39,945 nt of DNA from Nitrospirae bacterium MYbin3 (GTDB lineage Bacteria > Nitrospirota > Thermodesulfovibrionia > Thermodesulfovibrionales > Dissulfurispiraceae), in contig PEAD01000027.1 in assembly GCA_002753335.1 (NCBI GenBank), positions 1 through 39,945 on the forward strand, given 5' to 3'. The number at the start of each line of letters is the position of its first letter. Positions within the stretch are counted from its first letter, which is position 1. The notes under the pieces are model-generated. The model searched no databases. It was not told where the DNA came from and worked only from the letters and a program-made list of their open reading frames with translations. The translations under genes and the position numbers were made by a program. Below are positions 8,401-17,118 of this stretch, one piece after another.

Positions 8401-9981
8401 ATGCAGATACCCTTCTTTGAACATACCGTAAAGTCGCTTCGTGGCTTGATTAGCGACGAGCGCGTTCCACTTAGTTCCATTGCCGGCATGATACGACATG
8501 ATCCGGGGCTCTATCTTAGTATGATTAATGGGCTTTGTCTCGCCTCCAACAAATGCGAAGTAAAAACAGCTTTGCAAGCCATATCCCTTGTTGGTGCCCA
8601 AGGTGTTGAACGGAATATAATCCAGCATGACATGCTTTTAGATCGAGAATATATGCCTCTATGGTGTTATTCGGTGCTTGCAGGAGAAATTGCAGTGCTG
8701 ATAAACAATAAGGCCAATATCGAAGAAGAGGAGGAGATCGTTTATTTTTCTGCATCGCTTCCGATTATAGGCATGCTTTTTATGCTGATAGAAAAGGCTC
8801 AATATAAGAGGGTCTATGAGTTTCTCTTAATGCTTCCCGTAGAAGACAGGGTCTTTATTGAACAAAGACTTTTTAAGACAACCAATATAGAACTGCTTGC
8901 TAAAAACTTTTCGGCGGCTGCAGTTTATAAGGATATTATCAGCCTCATTACCGCAGTTATAGCTGATGATGGCTCAAGAAGGCCTTTGATAGATCAGCCG
9001 GCAAAGCTTTCGCTTGCATACGAGACGTTTCAACTGTTTTATCTCATGGAGACGGCCGGCGCAGGGGCGAGGGCTATTCTTTTCCCTTCTGTCGTGGAAG
9101 CGCAGGAAAAATTCAGGGAGTTGTGCAAGAGGTATTTTACAATAGCCGAAAGCGAAGTTGAGGAACTTCTTGCGGAAGCACTGGAAAGACTTAATGCTGT
9201 GAGCAAGCTTTACAATGTCGAAGATGCTGCGATCTACTGCACCTCTTCTGCCGAAGAAATCAAACAAACTGCCATGCAGTTTTTGACCAGAACTCCCGAA
9301 TTAAGCACAGAGCTTGAAAGAATAAGCGCTGCTGTTCGTGAAGAAAAAAACATTCTTATATGTGGTGAGCGCGGCACCGGCAAAAGACTCCTTGCCGCAG
9401 CGCTTTACTATCAGGCCGACAACCCTAGAAGACTTAAACCGTATGTTACTTTCCATTGTGATACCTCTGAAGATTTGCTCGAAAGAGATTTGTTTGGAAG
9501 CAGGAGCGGTTACCATAATCTTCAAAAGCATAAAGGCGCTTTGGAATTCGCAAACGGCGGCACGATACTTTTGAAGGATGTAGATAGAATGCCGGAATAC
9601 CTTCAAGAGAGAATCATCGAAATTTATTCGTCCGGGAAGTTTTTCAAATCCGGTGATAAACACCCACAAGACCTCGACATACGTTTCATTCTCACATCCA
9701 AAAACAATCTGCCGGAGGCTGCAAACGAAGAAAGCTCGTTAGCCAAGCTGCTGGCATGCCTGTCGCCTGAAGCTATAAAAATTCCTGCATTGAGAGAACG
9801 CAGGCAGGACATCGAATTTATTGCTGACAGCATTATATCAAAATACGGCCTAAATCTAAAAGATGATGTTTTGGTTCTGGGGCTTAAAGAACTTTACGAA
9901 AAAGAAGAGTTTCCGGGCAACCTTAAGGATCTGAAAAAGTTGTTATTCTATATCGCTGCCAAGCACAGCCTTAAATCTTAG
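8401..9981 (+). CDS. HDOD-like domain fused to a degenerate sigma54-activator-type AAA+ domain
   Basis: IAGMIRHDPGL...AISLVG (HDOD-like); GERGTGK Walker A, ANGGTILL, IPALRERRQDI, FPGNLKDL; GAFTGA absent and no C-terminal HTH. Confidence 0.78.
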   Translation: MQIPFFEHTVKSLRGLISDERVPLSSIAGMIRHDPGLYLSMINGLCLASNKCEVKTALQAISLVGAQGVERNIIQHDMLLDREYMPLWCYSVLAGEIAVLINNKANIEEEEEIVYFSASLPIIGMLFMLIEKAQYKRVYEFLLMLPVEDRVFIEQRLFKTTNIELLAKNFSAAAVYKDIISLITAVIADDGSRRPLIDQPAKLSLAYETFQLFYLMETAGAGARAILFPSVVEAQEKFRELCKRYFTIAESEVEELLAEALERLNAVSKLYNVEDAAIYCTSSAEEIKQTAMQFLTRTPELSTELERISAAVREEKNILICGERGTGKRLLAAALYYQADNPRRLKPYVTFHCDTSEDLLERDLFGSRSGYHNLQKHKGALEFANGGTILLKDVDRMPEYLQERIIEIYSSGKFFKSGDKHPQDLDIRFILTSKNNLPEAANEESSLAKLLACLSPEAIKIPALRERRQDIEFIADSIISKYGLNLKDDVLVLGLKELYEKEEFPGNLKDLKKLLFYIAAKHSLKS

Positions 9982-10905
9982 ATATTCAACAAGCCCCCAC
10001 GAACTGGCCGCAATTATCGAGAAAAACCATATAAGAGAGAGTGTCATAGCCATATCTTCAGCAATCCCTGTAAGACCGAAAAGGAACACAAAAGCGCCTT
10101 CTCGCAGACCAATACCCGAAATCGAAAGGGGCAGGAACGAAATCACAATTATAATAGGCAAAAATATGAACACCGACAGAAAAGAAATTTTCATAGAAAG
10201 CCCGAGCGCTAGTATGTAAACGCCCAGAACACTGAGGACCTGGATCATCAAAGAATATGCAAAACAGCGGCCAAGCACAGACCGCTGATTTTTGTATAAG
10301 CTGAAATTGTCATAAACATTACTGATAAAATTTATATGTCCGCCTATTCTGAATCTGAATACAAAAAAACTGCCTATTACAAATGTTGCTACAACAAATG
10401 GGATTAGCCACTTAACCGGGGTGTTTTGCAGATATCCGAAACCGAAAGGAAACGTTATCAGGGCGATCGTCATAAGCGCTGCAAAACCTATATATCTGTC
10501 CATAAATACCGAAGCCACCGCAAGCGCGTTCTCGCCGGTCTGCAGTTTTCGGCATTCTACCTTGCCGTTTTTATTTTTTATCTCTCTGCCCAGATAAAAA
10601 ATCTTTACCGCGTCTCCACCTATAAGCCCCGGCATGCAGATATTGAAAAAAGCTCCAATCATATACATATCGAACATGCGTTTGGTCTCTGTTTTGTGCG
10701 GAATAAGCATTTTCCACCGCAGGGTTGAGATATATGATGCCAATATATATATCGCTACTGCCGCAATAAAAGCTGCTGGATTCATAAGCTTTATGTTGGA
10801 TATCAGCGTTTGGGTTCCAACCCTTGACAGCAGTATGTACAAGAATGCTGAGCTTACCGACAGCTTCAGACAAAACAGCAGGATTTTTTTAATCGAACTT
10901 TTGAT
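9943..10905 (-). CDS. Lysylphosphatidylglycerol synthase TM / UPF0104 flippase-like membrane protein (start uncertain)
   Basis: LRW, FFNICMPGLIGGDAVK, DRYIG, LPLSISGIGLREG; frame is open upstream of TTG 10842 and encodes a first TM helix. Confidence 0.82.
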   Translation of the reverse strand: MKSSIKKILLFCLKLSVSSAFLYILLSRVGTQTLISNIKLMNPAAFIAAVAIYILASYISTLRWKMLIPHKTETKRMFDMYMIGAFFNICMPGLIGGDAVKIFYLGREIKNKNGKVECRKLQTGENALAVASVFMDRYIGFAALMTIALITFPFGFGYLQNTPVKWLIPFVVATFVIGSFFVFRFRIGGHINFISNVYDNFSLYKNQRSVLGRCFAYSLMIQVLSVLGVYILALGLSMKISFLSVFIFLPIIIVISFLPLSISGIGLREGAFVFLFGLTGIAEDMAMTLSLIWFFSIIAASSWGLVEYLRFKAVLGSDIE

Positions 10906-10930
10906 CTTATCGTCCGGAGCCTAAGATTTT

Positions 10931-11854
10931 TTATCTAGCGTATATCGGTTTCTTCTGGCTTTCATGATAAACCCTTACGATCATCTCTCCAAGCAGTCCC
11001 ATACCGATAAACTGAACGCCTACAATTATAAGCAGCACCCCGAGTAGAAGCAGCGGCCTGCCTGCGAGCATCGCTCCCCAAAAAAGTTTTTCTATAGTGA
11101 GATAAAAGGATATGCCTAAGCCGCCCAATGCAAAAAGAACTCCCACCGGCCCGAAAAACTGAATAGGTTTTGTAGAGAAACTCTGCAGGAATTTTACGGT
11201 TATAAGATCCAAAATCACTTTTATGGTTCTGGAAATGCCGTATTTTGATTTGCCGCGAAGCCGTGGGTGGTGCGTTGTTTCTATCTCTGCTATCTTGACG
11301 CCGTACCAGCTTGCCATAGCAGGAATAAAGCGGTGCATTTCACCGTAGAGCCTAAGGTTTTTTACTACATCACGTTTATATGCCTTGAGCGAACAGCCGT
11401 AGTCGTGCAGATTAACGCCCGTAACTTTGCTTATGAGCCAGTTTGCAATGATTGAAGGCAGTCTTCGGGTAAAAAATGTGTCCTGACGGTGTTTGCGCCA
11501 TCCGCTCACAAGGTCAAAATCTTTTAATTTTTCTATCAGCCTTGGTATGTCTTTCGGGTCATTTTGCAAATCTCCGTCCATCGTCACAACTACATCTCCC
11601 CGAGCAAAATCAAAGCCTGCGGCAAATGCAGCGGTCTGTCCGAAATTTCTTCTTAGGCTGAGCACAATGACATGCTCGTTTTTTTTCTGGAAAGATTCCA
11701 GAATAGCCAGTGTTTTGTCTGTACTCCCATCGTCAACAAAAATAATCTCGTACCCGGAAGAAAACGTATCAAGAACTTCATGCAGCCGCTCATAAAGCGG
11801 TTCAACATTTTCTTCTTCATTGTACAAAGGAATTACTATGGATACTGTCATCAT
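10931..11854 (-). CDS. Family 2 glycosyltransferase (polyprenol-phosphate glycosyltransferase, ArnC/GtrB-like)
   Basis: SIVIPLYNEE, VDDGSTD, RNFGQTAA, MDGDLQNDP, two C-terminal TM helices. Confidence 0.92.
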   Translation of the reverse strand: MMTVSIVIPLYNEEENVEPLYERLHEVLDTFSSGYEIIFVDDGSTDKTLAILESFQKKNEHVIVLSLRRNFGQTAAFAAGFDFARGDVVVTMDGDLQNDPKDIPRLIEKLKDFDLVSGWRKHRQDTFFTRRLPSIIANWLISKVTGVNLHDYGCSLKAYKRDVVKNLRLYGEMHRFIPAMASWYGVKIAEIETTHHPRLRGKSKYGISRTIKVILDLITVKFLQSFSTKPIQFFGPVGVLFALGGLGISFYLTIEKLFWGAMLAGRPLLLLGVLLIIVGVQFIGMGLLGEMIVRVYHESQKKPIYAR

Positions 11855-11886
11855 ATCTCCTTAATCGGTTAATAGATTATAACAGA

Positions 11887-12471
11887 TTACCGCTTGGCGT
11901 ATCGTTGCAAAAAGCAAAGGTAGCTGAGTATCAAAAGAGATGCGATGAATGCTCCCCACAGGCTGCCCGCAATAACGTCCGTCGGATAATGCACCCCCAG
12001 ATAAACCCGGGATATAGCTACAAGGGTTGCAAGCGCCAATGGGAAAATGCGCCATCCTAAAGGAAGAAAATTACGGGTCAGGTAAAAAAGCGGAACCGTA
12101 TATGCAAACGAATTGGCGGAATGATTCGACGGCATAGATCCTGATTGAGTGCATCCGACTAAAATCCGTACATTATCGAGCGCCCTGCAGGGCCTGACTC
12201 TGGCGAAAATATGTTTCAAATTCCCGCCGCTCCAGTCGGCAAGAGCAAAAGCAAGCACCGAAATGCAAATGGTCCATAACGCTAGGATTTTGTAGCTCTT
12301 CCCCTCAGCATCTTTTGTTTTTGATGCATTTAGCAGCATAAATACGACAAAAGGAAAAATAAGCAGATACCCTTTTGTTGTAAGCGATTTCATCAATGCA
12401 TCAAGTACAGGGTTGTTGATGCCCTTGTTTATCAGGAAAAAAAGATTTATGTCAGCAGATGACAGATCCAT
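11887..12471 (-). CDS. PAP2 family phosphatase (undecaprenyl-PP / lipid phosphatase)
   Basis: KHIFARVRP, SMPSNH, SRVYLGVHYPTDV. Confidence 0.92.
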   Translation of the reverse strand: MDLSSADINLFFLINKGINNPVLDALMKSLTTKGYLLIFPFVVFMLLNASKTKDAEGKSYKILALWTICISVLAFALADWSGGNLKHIFARVRPCRALDNVRILVGCTQSGSMPSNHSANSFAYTVPLFYLTRNFLPLGWRIFPLALATLVAISRVYLGVHYPTDVIAGSLWGAFIASLLILSYLCFLQRYAKR

Positions 12472-12493
12472 TTAGAATGCCCATAATGCATAA

Positions 12494-12522
12494 GAGGGCA
12501 GACGGATTTGCCGTCTGCCCTC
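12494..12522. terminator. GC-rich hairpin between DHH gene and PAP2 gene
   Basis: GAGGGCAGACGG-ATTTG-CCGTCTGCCCTC 12-bp stem. Confidence 0.55.
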
Positions 12523-12542
12523 CTGCAAAAAAATATCAACTA

Positions 12543-13478
12543 TTATCCCTGCTCTGTTATGGTAGCTATTAACTCTTTTAAAGCTTTTTCTGCATTCTCG
12601 ATGCTTATCTGACAGGTGCCTGCATTCATATGTCCGCCGCCGCCATACTTGAGCATAAGTTCACCGATATTGGTTTTGCAGTCTCTTTTGAATATAGATT
12701 TTCCTACCGCAAATACAATGTTTTGCTTCTTAAGCCCCCAAAGCACATGTATCGAAATATTGCAGTCAGGATTGACAGCGTAAATCATAAAGCGGTTGCC
12801 GGGATATATTGTTTCTTCTTCTCTGAGATCCAGCACAACGAGATTTTTATAAGTCGTAGAGCATTTGTGTATCTGGTATTTAAAGCGTTCTTCATAGCTG
12901 AAAAAAAGATCAACACGCTCCTTAACATCCGGCAGGCTCAGGATTTCTTCGATCGTGTGATTTTTACAATAGTCGATGAGATCCATCATCAACTGGTAGT
13001 TCGATACTCTGAATTCTTTAAACCGGCCCAGGCCTGTCCTTGCATCCATTAAAAAACTTAACAGTTCCCAGCCTTTGGGTTTGAGCACGTCGTCGAGGCT
13101 GAACTGTGCTGCATCCGCTTTATCCACAGCAGCCATCATATCATCCGGGATGTCAGGGAATTTGCTCTTTCCTCCTGAATAGTCATATACAACGCGTGCT
13201 GCAGAAGGGGCGTCCGGATGGATAATGTGGTTTGATCTGCCTTCCTTGTTTCTTAGGGTTTCGCTCAGGTGATGATCAAAGGCCAGATGCACTCCGGGGA
13301 CGTAGGGGAGGTTTGTTGTTATGTCGTTTTCGGTTATATCGATTTTCATGTCCTGCATGTCTTTGGGATGTACAAATTTGAAATCATTGATAAGATCCAG
13401 ATCTTTCAGCAGAACGGCACAGACAAGACCATCCATATCACTCCTTGTTACAAGTCTATACTTTTTCTGCTCGGCCAT
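12543..13478 (-). CDS. DHH-family phosphoesterase (often annotated exopolyphosphatase-like / nanoRNase-like)
   Basis: RLVTRSDMDG, FDHH, GGGGH motifs. Confidence 0.85.
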   Translation of the reverse strand: MAEQKKYRLVTRSDMDGLVCAVLLKDLDLINDFKFVHPKDMQDMKIDITENDITTNLPYVPGVHLAFDHHLSETLRNKEGRSNHIIHPDAPSAARVVYDYSGGKSKFPDIPDDMMAAVDKADAAQFSLDDVLKPKGWELLSFLMDARTGLGRFKEFRVSNYQLMMDLIDYCKNHTIEEILSLPDVKERVDLFFSYEERFKYQIHKCSTTYKNLVVLDLREEETIYPGNRFMIYAVNPDCNISIHVLWGLKKQNIVFAVGKSIFKRDCKTNIGELMLKYGGGGHMNAGTCQISIENAEKALKELIATITEQG

Positions 13479-13638
13479 AGCAACACCTCGAAATTATTTG
13501 ATTTAATGACTATAATAAAATAAAATCCCTATAGATGCAAGGTTTTTGTTGCCATTAATCAGAAACAGAAGCGGTGCAATGCATTGTTTTTCTTTGCCTT
13601 GAAAAATCATAATACAAAAAAATGTGTTAAGGAATGTT

Positions 13639-14433
13639 ATGAACCAGATAGAGCTTTATAAAAACCTGCCGAAAAAAAACTGCGGCAAATGCAAACAGAA
13701 AACCTGCATGCCGTTTGCGCTTGCGGTGATAAAAGGCGATGCTGAACTTTCGGAATGCCAGCTTTTGGAGCCGGCCGAAGCAGAACGGCTCAAAGCGATG
13801 ATAACCGTGACCGACTGGCGCGAAGGGTTGATATTGAAGCTCAGAGATGAAATTAAGAAGATAGATTTAGGCTCGATTGCTGAGCTTCTTGGCGGACAGA
13901 TGCAGAACGGAAGTCTTGTTGTAAACTGCATGGGCAGACCGTTTACGGTATCAGCGGACGGCGATGTAACTACACATGGACACATTACGCCGTGGGTAAA
14001 AATTCTGCTGCTTCACTACATAAGAAATTCCTTCAACAACTCCATCGCAATAAAAGGCATGCCGAAACAGACGGATGAAAAATGGGTATCTTATGCCGAA
14101 CTTAAAAATGGCATGGTCAAAGCCGCATCATTTGAGCGCGAAGGCGAAGAACCCCTAAAAGAAATGCTTGACCAGAACCTGACAGCGGTCGAAACTATTC
14201 TTAAAAGATTAGGGGCCGTAACAAAAGAGGGCTTTTCAACTCCTTGCGCATGGGCGCTTCACCTGCTTCCCAAAGTTCCTGTTCTTATACTCTATTGGCC
14301 CGAAGAAAGCGAGTTTCCATCAAAGGTCAAGGTTCTATTTAATACTTATGCCGATAAATATCTTGATGTGGAAGCGATTGTGTTTTTGATTGAAGGGCTT
14401 GTAAAGAATATCGAGGCGATGAGCAGGCGCTAA
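13639..14433 (+). CDS. Fe-S cluster domain plus DUF3786 protein
   Basis: LPKKNCGKCKQKTCMPFA...C Fe-S motif; LPKVPVLILYW...EFPS...YLDVE. Confidence 0.82.
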   Translation: MNQIELYKNLPKKNCGKCKQKTCMPFALAVIKGDAELSECQLLEPAEAERLKAMITVTDWREGLILKLRDEIKKIDLGSIAELLGGQMQNGSLVVNCMGRPFTVSADGDVTTHGHITPWVKILLLHYIRNSFNNSIAIKGMPKQTDEKWVSYAELKNGMVKAASFEREGEEPLKEMLDQNLTAVETILKRLGAVTKEGFSTPCAWALHLLPKVPVLILYWPEESEFPSKVKVLFNTYADKYLDVEAIVFLIEGLVKNIEAMSRR

Positions 14434-14792
14434 ATCTGACTTAGCAGCGTCAGAACAACAGCCATCAGCAAAAGACCGAAAAATACAATCGATGCTTTTC
14501 GCCTTCCATTTGCTCCCTTGTCAATATAAGGTATTGCAAGCAGTAAAAATGCGAATACAGCAGGAACAATTACTGCTCCCACAAAAATAGCATTGCCCGG
14601 GAAGTAGCGTATAAGCTGATATATCCAGAGAAAATACCATTCAGGCAAGGGCTGAAAAGATTTTGTGAAATCTATCTGCCTGCCGACCGGAGGCGGACAA
14701 GTAAGCGCAATGACCAATAACAGCTCAAATGCGATCAGCACGACAAATATTATTTCAGACAAGTAGTCGGGATAAAACTTTTTTTCTTTCAC
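14430..14792 (-). CDS. Cytochrome b C-terminal subunit (subunit IV / PetD-like)
   Basis: KFYPDY, PEWYFLW, PYID; three TM helices. Confidence 0.85.
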   Translation of the reverse strand: MKEKKFYPDYLSEIIFVVLIAFELLLVIALTCPPPVGRQIDFTKSFQPLPEWYFLWIYQLIRYFPGNAIFVGAVIVPAVFAFLLLAIPYIDKGANGRRKASIVFFGLLLMAVVLTLLSQI

Positions 14793-15436
14793 AGATTTTT
14801 TGCAATCCCCCGTCTTTTTACCATGTGAAAGTGGCCCCAGAGCAACAGCGAAATAAACACCGGCATATAAATCACATGTATGCTGTAAAATCTGATCAGC
14901 GTAGAGCCCCCAACATCAGCGCCTCCACGCAGTAAGTTTTTAATATGTCCTCCGAAAAACGGCAGGGTGCCCAGCATCGAGGTTCCGACTTCGGTGGCCC
15001 AATACGCCTTCTGGTCCCACGGCAAAAGATAACCGGTAAATCCTGAACCAAGTGCAAATATAAGGCCGACCACACCCGCCATCCAGTTAAGCTCTCTCGG
15101 CGGTCTGTATGCCTTGGAAACAAAAACTCTAACAGTATGCAGCAGTATAAAAACTATAAATAAAGTGGCGGACCATTTGTGCAGCCCGCGTATAAGCCAA
15201 CCGAAACTAATCTCTTCGGTGATCATCAAAATGCTTTTATATGCCTCTTTTTCGGAAGGCACGTAATAAAGCGTCAAAAGCATTCCGCTGAATCCGAGCA
15301 GCAAAAAATAAACAAAAGCGATGCCCCCAAAACAGTACGAATAGCCGATATTATCCGGCACAGGCCTCTTCATGAAGTTTTTATGCGGTGCCTTTATGCC
15401 GAACTTCCTGTCCAGCCAATCAAATATTTTTCTCAT
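14789..15436 (-). CDS. Cytochrome b6-like N-terminal subunit (PetB/QcrB-like)
   Basis: YCFGG, YYVPS, GWLIRGLHKW, LH, GYLLPWDQKAYWA, RFYSIH, HF heme ligands. Confidence 0.92.
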   Translation of the reverse strand: MRKIFDWLDRKFGIKAPHKNFMKRPVPDNIGYSYCFGGIAFVYFLLLGFSGMLLTLYYVPSEKEAYKSILMITEEISFGWLIRGLHKWSATLFIVFILLHTVRVFVSKAYRPPRELNWMAGVVGLIFALGSGFTGYLLPWDQKAYWATEVGTSMLGTLPFFGGHIKNLLRGGADVGGSTLIRFYSIHVIYMPVFISLLLWGHFHMVKRRGIAKNL

Positions 15437-15879
15437 CAGATCTTCATGCCTATATAAACTTTTCCGTCCTTTATTTCTAAAGGCAGCCTTGCAAGAGGCG
15501 CCGGTGGTGGTCCGGCCGTTACATTTCCGTCAATGCCGTATCTGCCGCCGTGGCAGGGACAGATAAATTCTTTTTTATTGTGATCCCAGTTAATAAAGCA
15601 GCCGAGGTGTGTGCAGACAGAAGAAAATGCTGTCAGCTCTTTATCAGAGGCCGAAATGTAAACTCTGCTTCCCATCGTGCGGTCTTCCCCGTTGTATTCA
15701 AAATCTACTTTGCGCACGCCTTTACGAGGAAGACTGTCTTCATCCATAAGATAGAAATAGCGGATATTTTGGGTGCGTTCCCTTGACGGAAAAATATAAA
15801 ATACAACCGAACAAACAGCGGCAAAAAGCCCTGCGAAGAAAAGCTTTACAAAACTAACCAGAAAGTTTCTTCGGTCCAT
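15436..15879 (-). CDS. Rieske 2Fe-2S subunit with Tat signal
   Basis: MDRRNFL, CTHLGC, CPCHG, GPPPAPL. Confidence 0.93.
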   Translation of the reverse strand: MDRRNFLVSFVKLFFAGLFAAVCSVVFYIFPSRERTQNIRYFYLMDEDSLPRKGVRKVDFEYNGEDRTMGSRVYISASDKELTAFSSVCTHLGCFINWDHNKKEFICPCHGGRYGIDGNVTAGPPPAPLARLPLEIKDGKVYIGMKI

Positions 15880-15946
15880 AACTGCAACATCTTACATTCC
15901 ACAAGCCAACAGTTAACAATGACTTGCGTAATGCAAGCGATCTGTT

Positions 15947-16225
15947 TTAGGAATTCAATGCGATATGAAAAGGCTTGCCGGTCTTGAAATGAACGACCTT
16001 TTTGGGGGCCACCTGCACCTGTTCACCGGTTCGCGGATTTCTGGCGGTCTTTTCTTTTCTCTGCTTCAGCCTGAAGTTTCCGAAGCCGCGAATCTCGATC
16101 TTGCCGCCTGTTGCAAGGGCATCCTTCATCCCGTCAAATATCGTGTTTACTATCGCTTCTACCTGTTTTTTGGTAAGGCCTTCCACCTTTTCGGTAACTT
16201 TTTCTATCAGCTCGGATTTTGTCAT
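15947..16225 (-). CDS. ihfB: Integration host factor beta / HU family DNA-binding protein
   Basis: MTKSELI, IEIRGFGNF, RNPRTGE, FKTGK; follows rpsA-sppA. Confidence 0.85.
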   Translation of the reverse strand: MTKSELIEKVTEKVEGLTKKQVEAIVNTIFDGMKDALATGGKIEIRGFGNFRLKQRKEKTARNPRTGEQVQVAPKKVVHFKTGKPFHIALNS

Positions 16226-16263
16226 TTTACTGCCTCCTGTTTTTTCTTTTGTTTATTTTGTCC

Positions 16264-17118
16264 TTAAAACTGGTAAAGGTATTTCATCTCAGTCCTCGGC
16301 ATACGCTTCCATACGACATCAGCGATGCTGCCATTGAGCAGTTCATGAAAAATTGATTTCTCTTTTTTGCTTACAACCTCAGGCTCCCCTTCTATGCCGG
16401 CAAGCAGCGCAGCTTTTTTAATTGCGGCTTCAAGGTCTCCAAGCTCATCAACAAGCCCAAGCTTCAATGCCTGCCTGCCCGAAAAAACCCGTCCATCCGC
16501 AAAGTCCTTTACTTTTGAAACCGGTATTTTCCTGCCTTCGGATACTGCATTGATGAACTGTTCATGCACATCGTCCATAACACCCTGAAGTATGGCGCGC
16601 TCTTCGATTCCTATGCCGCGAAAAACAGAAGCAAGGTCCTTATGCTTGCCGCTCTTTATAACCTCGGACTTTATGCCCAGTTTATCCATGAGTCCTTTGA
16701 TATTAGGCACCTCCATTATAACGCCGATCGAACCTGTTATGGTTCCGGGGTTCGCTAAGATTTGGGTTGCCGGCGCCGAAATATAGTAGCCGCCCGATGC
16801 TGCAAGCGCACCCATAGAAATCACAACTTTTTTCTCGGCAGAGGCCCTGCGAACTTCGGTGAATATTTCCTGAGCAGCGACCACCCCTCCTCCTGGACTG
16901 TCAACACGAATAACGATCGCCTTGATCGACTTATCTTTCAAATAACCCTTTATCTCATTTACAGCAGTTTTAGATTCAAATATTGGTCCTTCAATCCTTA
17001 CCAGTGCTACTTTTGAGCCGAGAGGAACCTGTTTTTGAAAAATAGTTATTACAATGCTAAGGGAAAATATCACAGCCAAAAATATGCTCCCGAATATGAA
17101 AATTTTTCTAGTTCGCAT
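16264..17118 (-). CDS. sppA: Signal peptide peptidase SppA (S49)
   Basis: VDSPGGGV, AASGGYYI, TGSIGV, KSGKHKD, DGRVFSGRQA. Confidence 0.95.
   Translation of the reverse strand: MRTRKIFIFGSIFLAVIFSLSIVITIFQKQVPLGSKVALVRIEGPIFESKTAVNEIKGYLKDKSIKAIVIRVDSPGGGVVAAQEIFTEVRRASAEKKVVISMGALAASGGYYISAPATQILANPGTITGSIGVIMEVPNIKGLMDKLGIKSEVIKSGKHKDLASVFRGIGIEERAILQGVMDDVHEQFINAVSEGRKIPVSKVKDFADGRVFSGRQALKLGLVDELGDLEAAIKKAALLAGIEGEPEVVSKKEKSIFHELLNGSIADVVWKRMPRTEMKYLYQF

Noticed and set aside
8379..8489. 37-aa N-terminal extension of MnmG and 10-aa extension of the HDOD ORF in the track
   Set aside because: They would overlap head-to-head; family similarity begins at MYKEQDYD and a promoter fits in the gap.
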